NCBI GenBank assembly: GCA_039588295.1
Contig: JBDHAB010000038.1
Coordinates: 1-39,011, forward strand
Length of the DNA: 39,011 nucleotides
Direction of reading: 5' to 3'
Source: Gemmatimonadota bacterium
GTDB taxonomy: Bacteria > Gemmatimonadota > Gemmatimonadetes > Gemmatimonadales > GWC2-71-9
Shown one piece after another: positions 29,308 to 38,844 of the stretch. Within the stretch, counting starts at the first letter, position 1. Each line of letters begins with the position of its first letter. The notes below the pieces were generated by a model. That model saw only the letters and a program-made list of their open reading frames with translations, was not told where the DNA came from and searched no databases. Both the position numbers and the translations under genes were made by a program.

Positions 29308-30368
29308 ACCTGCTCAATGTCACGCCAGCGAGTGCCATCCACCACGTCGCGCAGTGGCTGGTCGCTCGGGAAGAGCCGGCCTACCGACAGCGCCAGATCC
29401 TGCCGCGGCTCTGGCAACGGCCAGTCAACCGGTGGACCGACGCCACTGATCTTCCCAAGCAGTTGAGGGACGGGCTCGAAGCAGCGTTCGCGCTCCCTCG
29501 ACCGACGCTCCGTGCGCGTCAGCAGTCTCGGGACGGCACGATCAAGTTCCTGTGGGACTTCGGCGCAAACGGTTCGGTCGAGTCAGTGCTCATCCCCGAA
29601 GGGCGCCGGCGGACGCTGTGTATCTCGTCTCAGGCGGGCTGCGCGTACGGATGTACCTTCTGCGCCACGGGCCGGATGGGATTCCTCCGCCATCTCGAGC
29701 CATGGGAAATCGCGAGTCAGGTTCGCGAGCTGGTCTTGGACCCGGCGCTGGGACGGCCGACCAACGTGGTGTTCATGGGCATGGGAGAGCCGCTGCACAA
29801 TTGGGCGGCGGTGGATGTCGCGCTGACCTTGCTGAACCATCCGCTTGGCCTTGGCATCGGAGCCCGGCACATCACGGTGAGCACCGTCGGCATCGTACCG
29901 AACTTGCGCAAGCTGGCCGAGCGACCCGAGCAGTTCCGGGTTGCCCTCTCGCTTCACGCGCCGACGAGCGCGATTCGCCGGCGCCTCATGCCCGTGGAGG
30001 GCAAGTACCCGTTGAGCACCGTCGTACAGGCCTTGGAGGGATTCGCACGGCGGGTCACGTTCGAGTACGTGATGATTCGCGGCGTCAACGACCGCGATGA
30101 CGATGCGCTGGCGCTGGCGCAACTCGCGCGGCCCCTCGCGGCGTTGGTGAACCTCTTGCCGCTGCACGCGGGCGGCGACCCGGAATTGCGACCGTCATCG
30201 ACCGATCGCATTCGCCGGTTTGCCGCGACCCTGCAAGCCCAGGGGATCGCCACATCCATCCGGCGGAGCCGCGGCATCGATATCGATGCCGCGTGTGGGC
30301 AGCTACGGACTGCCACCGACCAGACGCGCCGCGTCGAGGCCCAGGTACACGCTGGCATCGAGGAGTAG
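29304..30368 (+). CDS. rlmN: Dual-specificity RNA methyltransferase RlmN (radical SAM)
   Basis: CISSQAGCAYGCTFC, VFMGMGEP, SLHAP, DIDAACGQL. Confidence 0.95.
   Translation: MNLLNVTPASAIHHVAQWLVAREEPAYRQRQILPRLWQRPVNRWTDATDLPKQLRDGLEAAFALPRPTLRARQQSRDGTIKFLWDFGANGSVESVLIPEGRRRTLCISSQAGCAYGCTFCATGRMGFLRHLEPWEIASQVRELVLDPALGRPTNVVFMGMGEPLHNWAAVDVALTLLNHPLGLGIGARHITVSTVGIVPNLRKLAERPEQFRVALSLHAPTSAIRRRLMPVEGKYPLSTVVQALEGFARRVTFEYVMIRGVNDRDDDALALAQLARPLAALVNLLPLHAGGDPELRPSSTDRIRRFAATLQAQGIATSIRRSRGIDIDAACGQLRTATDQTRRVEAQVHAGIEE
30270..30293. repeat. Perfect 24-bp palindrome
   Basis: CGCGGCATCGAT-ATCGATGCCGCG is its own reverse complement. Confidence 0.95.
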
Positions 30369-30405
30369 CCGCGAGTCTTCCTCAGTCACGAGCGTCCCCA
30401 CGCCC
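30277..30405 (+). repeat. 129-bp direct repeat, left copy (rlmN 3' end plus orphan LytR_C 3' end)
   Basis: Aligns ungapped to 37854-37982 with 11 mismatches by manual count. Confidence 0.95.
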
Positions 30406-30434
30406 GGCGTCTTCGCCAACCGGCTCGGAGGCTC

Positions 30435-30463
30435 TTGACAGCGTGAACGCTGATCTGAATCAT
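30435..30463 (+). promoter_or_regulatory. Possible promoter of the island
   Basis: Perfect TTGACA, 17 nt, weak AATCAT; inverted repeat AGCGT-GA-ACGCT at 30440-30451. Confidence 0.3.
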
Positions 30464-30548
30464 ACCAGAAGAGATCGTAGACACCCTAAAGGCCGAACAG
30501 TTTCCTCCCGTTTTTGAGGTCCAACCCTCCCGGACCTCCGGACAAGAT

Positions 30549-31151
30549 GTGCAGGTCTCTCGCCAGGCATTTCACAGCGCCGCAACATTGCGGTCGGAGG
30601 TGCCAGTGATTGAGTGCTCGGTTCACGACTCGCATCGCCACCACACGCGCGCGGGACGCGTGTTCTTCGTGAGCCTCATCAGCTTCGTCGGTGTGGCAGC
30701 CCCGGCGCTCGCGCAAAGCCAACGGGCCCGACCGAAGAACACGACGGGCGTCGCATGCCAGGTGATCACTGGCGGGGAAATCCAAAGTTCGGCGTCGGTC
30801 GCCCTGGCTTTGCGCGGCCGCGCCACAGGCCTCTTCCTGCGCGAGACTAGCGGGCAGGCGGGTGCCGGCAGCCAGATCGCCCTGCGTGGCATCAACAGCT
30901 TGGCGTTCGCTTCACCACTGGTCTTCATCGATGGCCTCAAGATGGCAGCCGCTCCGGGGACCGGTCAGGCGATCGGAATCCTCGACCAGCTCAACCCGAA
31001 CGACGTTCTCCTTATCGAGATCTTTCGTGGCCCCGCGGCCACGACACTGTACGGCACCGACGCCGCTGGCGGCGTCATTCGTCTCTACACGAAGCACGGG
31101 CATCCCCGCGCTGAACTCACGAGCGACGCACATGCTCGGTGCCTTCCGTAG
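30549..31151 (+). CDS. Stand-alone TonB-dependent receptor plug-domain protein (start uncertain)
   Basis: Signal peptide ending ALA-Q, IALRGINS, PLVFIDG, LNPNDVLLIEIFRGPAATTLYGTDAAGGVIRLYTK; stops with no barrel. Confidence 0.8.
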   Translation: MQVSRQAFHSAATLRSEVPVIECSVHDSHRHHTRAGRVFFVSLISFVGVAAPALAQSQRARPKNTTGVACQVITGGEIQSSASVALALRGRATGLFLRETSGQAGAGSQIALRGINSLAFASPLVFIDGLKMAAAPGTGQAIGILDQLNPNDVLLIEIFRGPAATTLYGTDAAGGVIRLYTKHGHPRAELTSDAHARCLP

Positions 31152-31154
31152 GAC

Positions 31155-31186
31155 CCGGCCTCGGGGGGCACCGCCCCCGACGCCGG
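31155..31186 (+). terminator. GC stem-loop between the plug gene and susC-like gene
   Basis: CCGGCCTCGGGGG-GCACCG-CCCCCGACGCCGG, one mismatch, no T tract; may be a stabilising hairpin rather than a terminator. Confidence 0.4.
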
Positions 31187-31220
31187 CAGACCAAGCACTC
31201 CTAGATGCAGGAGGTTGCCG

Positions 31221-34200
31221 ATGAGTCCGCACATCCTTGTCGGAAGCAGACCGAGGCGCCGCTGGCGGGCGTCTGGCTCTGCGACACTTCGCTGCGCGCT
31301 CGCCTTGGGAGCTGCCGCGCTCTGCACCGTCTCGGCCCAGGCACAAACCGGCGAGATCTCCGGTCGTGTCACGGACGCGGTCACGGGCGAGCCCCTGGAG
31401 GCAGCGGCGGTGGTGGTCTTGGGTACGAACATCCGGGCGCGAACCCGGGTGGACGGCCTGTACAACCTGATGGGCGTTGCGATGGGGCAGCATCGCTTGC
31501 GCGTGATGATCATTGGGTACGCGACGCAGACCGCCACGGCAAATGTCCAGTCGGGTCTGACCACGACGGTCGATTTCGCGCTCAACGCCTCGGTCATCTC
31601 ACTCGATGCGATGGTGGTCACCGGGCAGGCGGGCGCGGTCAGCCGTCGCGAGATCGGGAACAGCATCTCGACGATTGGAGCCGAGACCATCGCGAACCTG
31701 CCCATCAGTGACGTGGGCCAGGCGCTGCAGGGCCTGGCCGCCGGCGTCACCGTGATGGACAACTCGGGTCAGGTAGGAGTAGGCCAGCGCATCCGGCTGC
31801 GCGGCATCAACTCGGTCTCGATGGGCAACCAGCCGCTCATCTACGTGGACGGCGTCCGGATCCTCGATCGGGCCCTCAACGACGACCCGGAGACGGGCAA
31901 CCTGGCCCCGTCACCGCTTCACGACATTAACCCCGAGGACATCGAGCGGGTCGAGGTGGTGAAGGGCGCCGCGGCAACCACGCTGTACGGCACCGAAGCC
32001 TCGGCCGGCGTGATCCAGATCTTCACCCGCCGGGGCTCGCAGGGTGCCCCCCGCTGGTCCATATCGATCGATCAGGGGTTCAACAACCAGGGGCACATCG
32101 GGCCGTCCAAAGACATCAATCCGACGGGCCTCGGGATGAACAACTGCAATTTCACGCGACCCCGAGTTCGCGACCGGTGACTGGATGTTCCCCGCCGACA
32201 CCCTGGGTTGCCCGGAGAGCGGGAGCTGGTTCCGGAACGGGCACCTGCAACGCTACAACGTCTCGGTCCGGGGCGGCAGTGAGGACATGAATTACTTCCT
32301 CTCCGCCCGCTGGGGCAGCGAGAACGGCACCGTCGCCCCGCAGAACAGCACCGACTACAGCATCCGCGCGAACTTGGGCAACGATGACGCTGCAGTTCAA
32401 CACCAACTACGCGCGGCGCGATGTCACGTGGATCCCGGACGGGGACAATGCCGAAGGCTTCGCGCTCAACGTCTGGCGCGGCCCAAACGGCTATACGCCC
32501 GACAACGACGACAGTCAAGTGTTCGACCTGTCGCTAGAGCAGCTAAGCAACCACTACACCACCGGGCTCACCTGGAGCTGGAACCCGCTCCCCAGTATGA
32601 CGCACCGGGTCACCGCAGGGATCGACTTCGTGGAGTCGGATTACCGCGAGTTTCGACCCTGGGGGTTCTACTACGACGCCCTTGGCGACCGCGAGGACGA
32701 CGAGTGGCAGCGCCGCACGATGACGCTGGACTACTCGGGTACGTGGAGCACCCGCTTCATGGCGGGCGTGGGATCCTCGTTCTCCGTCGGCGCCCAAATG
32801 TACGAGGAGTACCGTTACGGACTGAACGGCTTCGGCTACGAGTGGGCCGGACCGGGCGAGTTCTTGGTGGACAACGCGGCCCGGACGGAGGCGTTCGAGA
32901 GCCGCAGTACCATCACCAACGGTGGCTTCTTCTTCAACGAGGTCTTGAGCTTCGGCGACCGGGTCTTCCTCACCGGTGGCCTCCGGTTCGACGGGTTCAG
33001 CACCTTCGGTGAGAACTATGGCCTGGCGGCGTATCCGAAGATCTCACTCGCCTATACGATCTCCGACGAGAACTTCTGGCCCTCGTGGTGGGACGGCATG
33101 AAGCTGCGTGCTGCTTGGGGCGAGTCGGGCCGGGCGCCCGGCACGTTCGACGCCGTGCGGACCTGGGAACCGGTCTCCGGCGACGAGGGACAACCGGCGG
33201 TGACGCCGGACAACGTGGGGAACGCCGATCTGGGACCCGAGCGGAGTCGCGAGCTGGAACTCGGGTTCGAGGGATCCATGTTCGGCGGGCGCGTCGGCTT
33301 CGACGTGACCCGGTACATCCAGAAGACCTACGATGCGCTGATCGGCGTGGAACAGGTTCCGTCTCTCGGGTTCGTCGGCACACAGCTCGAGAACGTTGGC
33401 GAGCTGCGCAACAACGGCTGGGAGGTGCAACTCAACGCCGACGTGGTCCGGAGCGCCGCCTTCGGGTGGACCGTCGGACTGCGCTACTCCACGCAGAAGA
33501 GCGAGGCGTGGGACCTCGGTGGGTTCGAGGATATCTACGTGAGTTGGCGGCAACGCCTGCGGCCCTGTACGTCGGCAGGGGGCAACGGTGACCGCATCCT
33601 CTCCGAGGAGGCGCTGCGGCAGCTGGTGCACCAGGGGAGGTACGCCGACGAAGGGGCGATCGACCGCTCCGACCTGGGTCTCCTCAAGCACGTCGAGTGC
33701 CCCATCCCGGGGTACTGGCACAACGTCATCGTGAACGACACGGCCACTGTTGACAACCCGTGGGGCACGACCGCCGCCGGGGTGAGGCCCGAAATGGAGG
33801 AGCGGTATCTGGGCCCGACGTATCCGACGCAGACGCTCGGGTTCAACATGCAGTTCAGCGTCGGCAGCTGGCTCACGGTCGACGCGGTTGGCGAGAGTCA
33901 GCTCGGACACGTGCTCTCCGCGGGTCCGGCGTACCAGAACGCGCGCCGTCAAGTATGGCCTGAGTGCCGCGAGGTGCAGGCGCTGTACAATGAGGTGCGG
34001 GCCCAGTCAGGTACGACGGCCGCACGGGACGCGCTCAACGCGTACCAGCTCGCCAAGTGCATCAGCGGCTTCACGACCTACGGGATGTGGATCGACGACG
34101 CCGACTATTTCAAGTTGCGGTCGTTGTCGCTCTCGTTCCGCCTGCCCGACAACTTATTCCCGGGCTCTCGCTCGGCCATCTTCCAGCTCCAGGGCCGGAA

Positions 34201-34339
34201 TCTCCTCCGGATCACCGACTACGTCGGGATCGACCCGGAGGTCTCGGAGCAGGGTAGCCAGGATTCCCTGTGGCGGCAGGAATACTACAACCTGCCGACA
34301 CACCGGTCGTTCATCGCGAGCCTCCGGCTCGAGTTCTAA
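31221..34339 (+). pseudogene. SusC/RagA TonB-dependent receptor, frame broken at about 32157 and 32380
   Basis: AGGAGG RBS, signal peptide, carboxypeptidase-regulatory-like domain, plug (DINPEDIERVEVVKGAAATTLYG), barrel motifs GNADLGPERSRELELG and DADYFKLR, C-terminal Phe; spread over three frames. May be an assembly artefact. Confidence 0.85.
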
Positions 34340-34358
34340 GGCGAGGAGAGACGAAGCC

Positions 34359-35711
34359 ATGACACGCACACACCTGTTGCGGTGCAGCGGCGGACGGCTC
34401 CTCCCCGGAGTGATCGCCTGCTGCGTGATCCTCGCTGGATGCGACGTGACGAACCCGGGTCGCATCCAAGACGAGGATCTGAACGACGAACTCACCTTCC
34501 GGGCGCTCGTCACGGGTATGTCGAGCGACTTCTCGGAGGGATTCATGGACCTCGACTTCACCATGGCCCGCGCCAATGACGAGATCACTGGGAGCGGCAG
34601 CTACTTCACCACAGGGCTCGTGCGCATCGGCATCTTCGAGCGCGACGACATGAACGACCAGTGGGGCTCGATGCACCGGGCCCGCTGGGTCGCCGAAGCC
34701 GGCCTCGAGCGCATGCGCGAGGCCATGGACGACGCGACGTTCAACGCGAGCCCGCTCACGGCTCGCGCCTACCTCTTGGCTGCGTTTGCCCACCGCGCGC
34801 TGGGCGAGTGCATGTGCTACGCCGTCCTCGACGGCAGCCCGGTGATGAACCACGAAGTGCACTTCGATAGCGCCATCGTCCGAGCGGACGAAGCCATCCG
34901 AATCGGACAGGCAGCCGGCGAAAGCGACCTCGTGACGGCGGCGTATGGTGTCCGAGCGCAGGCCAACATGCACCTGCGGAACTGGGGTGCGGCCGCAGCC
35001 GACGCCAACCAGGTTGCGACGGATTTCGAGTATATCGCCTTCTACGATGCCAACTCCGGTCGCGAGGAGAACACGGTCTACGTGGAGACACACCAACGCG
35101 CGGAGATGTCCGTGTATGGAACGTACGCCGCGACCTTGAACCCGCCCGCCAACCCCGCGACGGACCTCGGAGGCGACCCGCGGGCGCCCTGGTTCGATTG
35201 CACCGACGCGGGCAACCGGCCGCCCGAGTGCAACTCCCATCAGGGCGCGGACGGCCTCACGCCACACTACATGCAGCGGAAGTACGACAACCTCGGTGCC
35301 GACGTCCCACTCGTGAAGGGCACTGAGATGCGCCTCATCGAGGCCGAGGCGGAGCTCAACGGGGCCGCGAACCTCGGCACGTTCGTCGGGTTCGTCAACC
35401 AGGCCCGGTCCAACTACGGCCTGGGCCCGCTCGCCACGCCGGCGACGGCGAACGACGCATGGATCATGCTGGACAACGAGCGGCAGCTCACCCTTTGGCT
35501 GGAGGTTCGCCGGCAGGCCGACGCCCGCCGGTGGGATGAGGACGGCCGAACGTTCATGCCTGCGGTCCAGTACATCATGGGGCTGACGGCAACCCCATAC
35601 GAAAAGGACCCGGGCATCGCGAAGCGGATGACCTGCGTTCCGATCTCGTTCGACGAATGCGCGACGAATGAGAACCTCGCGAGCGCTCCGGAATGTGAGG
35701 GGAATTACTGA
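34359..35711 (+). CDS. RagB/SusD family lipoprotein
   Basis: GAGGAG RBS, lipobox LAGC, EMRLIEAEAEL, VNQAR, ERQLTLWLEVRRQADARRW; directly downstream of susC-like gene. Confidence 0.9.
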   Translation: MTRTHLLRCSGGRLLPGVIACCVILAGCDVTNPGRIQDEDLNDELTFRALVTGMSSDFSEGFMDLDFTMARANDEITGSGSYFTTGLVRIGIFERDDMNDQWGSMHRARWVAEAGLERMREAMDDATFNASPLTARAYLLAAFAHRALGECMCYAVLDGSPVMNHEVHFDSAIVRADEAIRIGQAAGESDLVTAAYGVRAQANMHLRNWGAAAADANQVATDFEYIAFYDANSGREENTVYVETHQRAEMSVYGTYAATLNPPANPATDLGGDPRAPWFDCTDAGNRPPECNSHQGADGLTPHYMQRKYDNLGADVPLVKGTEMRLIEAEAELNGAANLGTFVGFVNQARSNYGLGPLATPATANDAWIMLDNERQLTLWLEVRRQADARRWDEDGRTFMPAVQYIMGLTATPYEKDPGIAKRMTCVPISFDECATNENLASAPECEGNY

Positions 35712-35849
35712 GGACGCCGGCGGTGCTCCGGCGGGCCAAGACCTGCCGGGCACCTCGGCCACCTCCAAGCAGAGCCTAACTCCAGCGGTGGCCGCGGCGG
35801 ATCCCTCGCAGCGGCCACCGCGCGCGCAATGGGCGGACGTGAGGACAAT

Positions 35850-36030
35850 CGACCACGCATCCGCAAGCACGCGTCCTCGCGCACCCTGAAACCACACGGA
35901 AGCCGTGCGACTGGCGCAGGCCGCGCCGTCCACGGCACAGCGCGACCGCTTCTCGCCCAGCGCATATGCAGACATCACCGTCTTCGACCCAAGAACGATC
36001 ATCGACCGCGCAACCCACACCAACTCGGCG
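35850..36030 (+). pseudogene. Remnant of an N-acyl-D-amino-acid deacylase (amidohydrolase) C-terminus
   Basis: QRDRFSPSAYADITVFDPRTIIDRATHTN resembles the family tail (DRGxxxxGxxADxxxFDPxTxxDRAT); no intact upstream ORF. Confidence 0.6.
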
Positions 36031-36160
36031 CCGGAGGAGCAAGATGAGGGCAGAGCGGGCAGAAGAACGGCAGGGCGGCAAGACAGCAGCAGCGGCAGGG
36101 ACGTCGCAATCCATCGCTCCCGCTCGATGTCTCAGTCGTCCGCGCCGTCACAGTCGTCTG

Positions 36161-37798
36161 ATGGTCGTCTTCAGCCTCACCACTGCCTGCGTCTCTGGCC
36201 CCGAGATCGTCGAGCATCCGGCATACGCAACGGGCCAGGTCGTCCGGTCCAACCAGGGCATGGTCGTGAGTGGATCTCCGATCGCAACGGATATCGGCGT
36301 CCAGGTGTTGCAGTCGGGCGGCAATGCCGTGGACGCCGCCGTCGCGACGGCGCTGGCACTCGCCGTGGTCGAGCCCACGATGTCCGGCCTCGGTGGCCGC
36401 ACCCAGGTGTTGGTCCGCACCGTGAGCGGCCCGTTCCACGGCGCCGACGGCACCACCGAGGTGCCGCGCGGCGCACCTGCCGATCCCACGAGCGACGAAG
36501 GCGCGTACGGGTACCACACGATCGGCATTCCCGGAACGGTCGCGGCGCTCGAAAAGGCACTCACCGGCTTCGGCACCCGGTCCTTCGCCCAGCTTCTCTC
36601 TCCCATCATTGCGCTCGCCGATACCGGGTTCTTCTTGCCGCAGGCCGAGGCGGAACGCATTGCGAGGGTCGCTGACCAGCTCAGGGAGTTTCCCGGGTCT
36701 GCGTCGTACTTTCTCAAGCTTGACGGCTCGACGTACCGGGGCGGCGAGCGATTGACACAGACCGAGCTCGCGGAAACGCTCACGGCGCTCGCCACCGGCG
36801 GTGCGGAGATATTCTATCGCGGCTGGATCGCCGAGAGCATCGCAGCCGACCTCGCACGAGGCAACGGGTTCGTCACGACAACGGATTTGGCGCGATATCG
36901 CGCGCCGTGGAGTCGTGTCGTACAGGGGAGCTACCGTGGCTACGACCTGGTCGGCACGTACCTCCCCGCATCGGGAGCGACGACGATCGAGGCGCTCCAC
37001 TTGCTCGAGCGGTTCGACCTGACCGACCGTGCCGGAGGCGCTGCGTGGGCAGCGCTCCTCGTACAGGCGTTGCTCCTGAGCTTTGAGGATCGCGTAGCAG
37101 ACTTGGGGAACCCGGACGAGCACGCTCAGCTACTCGTGTCCAAGGAGTGGGCCGTGACGCGCGCAGCGGACATCATGGATCCCGCGCGACGAGAAGGACC
37201 CGTCGTCGCATCGATGGCACCAGGGCGTAGGGACGAGTCAGCTCACACGACGCATCTCTCCGTGATCGACCGCGACGGCATGGTGGTCGCCCTCACCCAA
37301 TCACTCGGACCGATCATGGGCTCCAAGGTCACCGCGCCGGGACTGGGGTTCGTGTACGCGGCCACGATGGGCTATCTCGGCGGGCAGCAGCCGGGCGACC
37401 GGCCCTTCTCATCGCAGTCGCCACTCATCGTGTTGCAGAATGACGAGCCCGTGCTGGTGCTTGGCGCCGCAGGCGGTCGCCGCATCCTCTCCGCGATCGT
37501 GTCGGTCGTCAGCCGCTGGGTTGACCAGCAGCTCTCGCTGCCAGACGCAATGGCTGCCCCGCGACTTCATCCCGAAGCACGGGTCGTGCACATGGAGTCT
37601 GGCGACGGAACCGCCTGGTCACCGGAAGATCTCACGGATCTCGTGAGCTACGGGTTTGAGGTGGACGTACGAACGGCGTCATCCTACTTCGCACGCATTC
37701 ACGGCATCGAGATCGATCCTGACCACGGGAAGTATTTGGGCGTCGCCGATCCGCGCTGGAACGGGAGCGCGGGGGCGCCCGAACGAAGAAGACGATGA
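36161..37798 (+). CDS. Gamma-glutamyltransferase family Ntn-hydrolase, probable lipoprotein (start uncertain)
   Basis: GGNAVDAAVA, EPTMSGLGG, IGIPGTV, HTTHLSVID nucleophile Thr, SSQSP, GVADPR; TTAC lipobox-like. Confidence 0.9.
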   Translation: MVVFSLTTACVSGPEIVEHPAYATGQVVRSNQGMVVSGSPIATDIGVQVLQSGGNAVDAAVATALALAVVEPTMSGLGGRTQVLVRTVSGPFHGADGTTEVPRGAPADPTSDEGAYGYHTIGIPGTVAALEKALTGFGTRSFAQLLSPIIALADTGFFLPQAEAERIARVADQLREFPGSASYFLKLDGSTYRGGERLTQTELAETLTALATGGAEIFYRGWIAESIAADLARGNGFVTTTDLARYRAPWSRVVQGSYRGYDLVGTYLPASGATTIEALHLLERFDLTDRAGGAAWAALLVQALLLSFEDRVADLGNPDEHAQLLVSKEWAVTRAADIMDPARREGPVVASMAPGRRDESAHTTHLSVIDRDGMVVALTQSLGPIMGSKVTAPGLGFVYAATMGYLGGQQPGDRPFSSQSPLIVLQNDEPVLVLGAAGGRRILSAIVSVVSRWVDQQLSLPDAMAAPRLHPEARVVHMESGDGTAWSPEDLTDLVSYGFEVDVRTASSYFARIHGIEIDPDHGKYLGVADPRWNGSAGAPERRRR

Positions 37799-37853
37799 AG
37801 CTCCCGACTGGATCACGACCGCGGCGGCGCAGCAGTTGCTCTTCACCGCGTTC

Positions 37854-37982
37854 TCGATATCGATGCTGCGCGTGGACAGCTACGGACTGCGACCGACGAG
37901 ACGCGCCGCGTCGAGGCCCAGGTACACGCTAGCATCGAGGAGCAGCAGCGAGTCTTCCTCAGTCACCAGCGTGCCCACCCCC
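37854..37982 (+). repeat. 129-bp direct repeat, right copy (LytR_C 3' end plus orphan rlmN 3' end)
   Basis: Plus frame reads DIDAARGQLRTATDETRRVEAQVHASIEE, a copy of the RlmN tail. Confidence 0.95.
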
Positions 37983-38287
37983 AGGATCTCCAATACACGA
38001 CCCAGGCCAGTCGTGTCATCCGTTCGGGCGAACACGACCGTATGCGCCATCGTGTCGTTATCGGCCGTCCCGAAGTAGACGACGTCGATTCCTTGCGCCC
38101 GAAGGCTGAGGGTCATCGTCCGCGCGAGCCCGTCGATTCCCGTGCCGTTCAGCACTTCGACGGTGATGCGCTCGCCTTCACCGGGAATGGGGAAGCGCGA
38201 CGGGGGCTCGCCAGACCGCTGCCACCACCACCACGAGCCCGCAGCAATGGCCAACGACACGAACCCTGCAACCGCTAGGCGTCGCAC
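37880..38287 (-). CDS. LytR C-terminal domain membrane protein
   Basis: N-terminal TM, ITVEVLNGTGIDGLA, DVVYFGTA, DASVYLGLD. Confidence 0.88.
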   Translation of the reverse strand: MRRLAVAGFVSLAIAAGSWWWWQRSGEPPSRFPIPGEGERITVEVLNGTGIDGLARTMTLSLRAQGIDVVYFGTADNDTMAHTVVFARTDDTTGLGRVLEILGVGTLVTEEDSLLLLDASVYLGLDAARLVGRSP

Positions 38288-38844
38288 ACGAGTGCGTTCC
38301 AGAACCGGACGGTCTCCGGGAGGAGGCGCCGTCCCCGACGGATTTCGTGTTCGATGCGCCGCCGCGCGACCTCGACTAGCGCGGGCTGGGGATCGGCGGG
38401 TACCTGGGACGCCAGCTCGGTCAATCCCTCCCGGGACCCACCGCGGCCGGGATCCAGGTAGTCCGCCAGGTACAGCATGCTGCCGACCCGCTCCCAGTCG
38501 GCACAGCCCACCGAGTGGTACCGAACCGCGTTCAGGATGCCGGGATCCCGTTCCCCGTGCCGGGCGACCATTACCGCTGCCGCCGGCCCATGTCGCAGCG
38601 CTTCGATGTCCCACCCGTCGGGGACCAGCTCGCGCAGGACGTCCGAGGACGCATCCTTCAAGGCATCGTGCAGAGCGGCGGCGCGAAGCCATCGCGCACG
38701 CTCGACGTTCCCGATAGCCATGGCGTCGGCCCAGCGTGACAGGAGCCACGCCACGCGCTCGACGTGCGCTCGACGCTCGTTCGTCATCTGGGCCCACGGC
38801 GGGAACTCGAGCGCCAGCCGCGTCGCCGTATCAGGACTCGGCAC
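38275..38844 (-). CDS. YqeK-like HD-domain hydrolase (symmetrical Ap4A hydrolase family)
   Basis: RRAHVERV, LHDALK, HGPAAA, VRYHSVG, LYLADYLDPGR; GTG start overlapping the folK end. Confidence 0.85.
   Translation of the reverse strand: MPSPDTATRLALEFPPWAQMTNERRAHVERVAWLLSRWADAMAIGNVERARWLRAAALHDALKDASSDVLRELVPDGWDIEALRHGPAAAVMVARHGERDPGILNAVRYHSVGCADWERVGSMLYLADYLDPGRGGSREGLTELASQVPADPQPALVEVARRRIEHEIRRGRRLLPETVRFWNALVCDA

Larger units (their letters stand above)
30406..37853. mobile_element. Inserted SusC/SusD/GGT island, no mobility gene
   Basis: Bounded by the 129-bp direct repeat; separates two genes whose 3' ends are present in both copies. Confidence 0.7.

Noticed and set aside
34311..37123. 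Minus-strand ORFs 34311-36023 and 35999-37123
   Set aside because: Shadows of susD and the GGT-like gene.
30406..37853. Prophage, ICE or transposon identity for the island
   Set aside because: No integrase, transposase, phage or conjugation genes, and no terminal inverted repeats seen.
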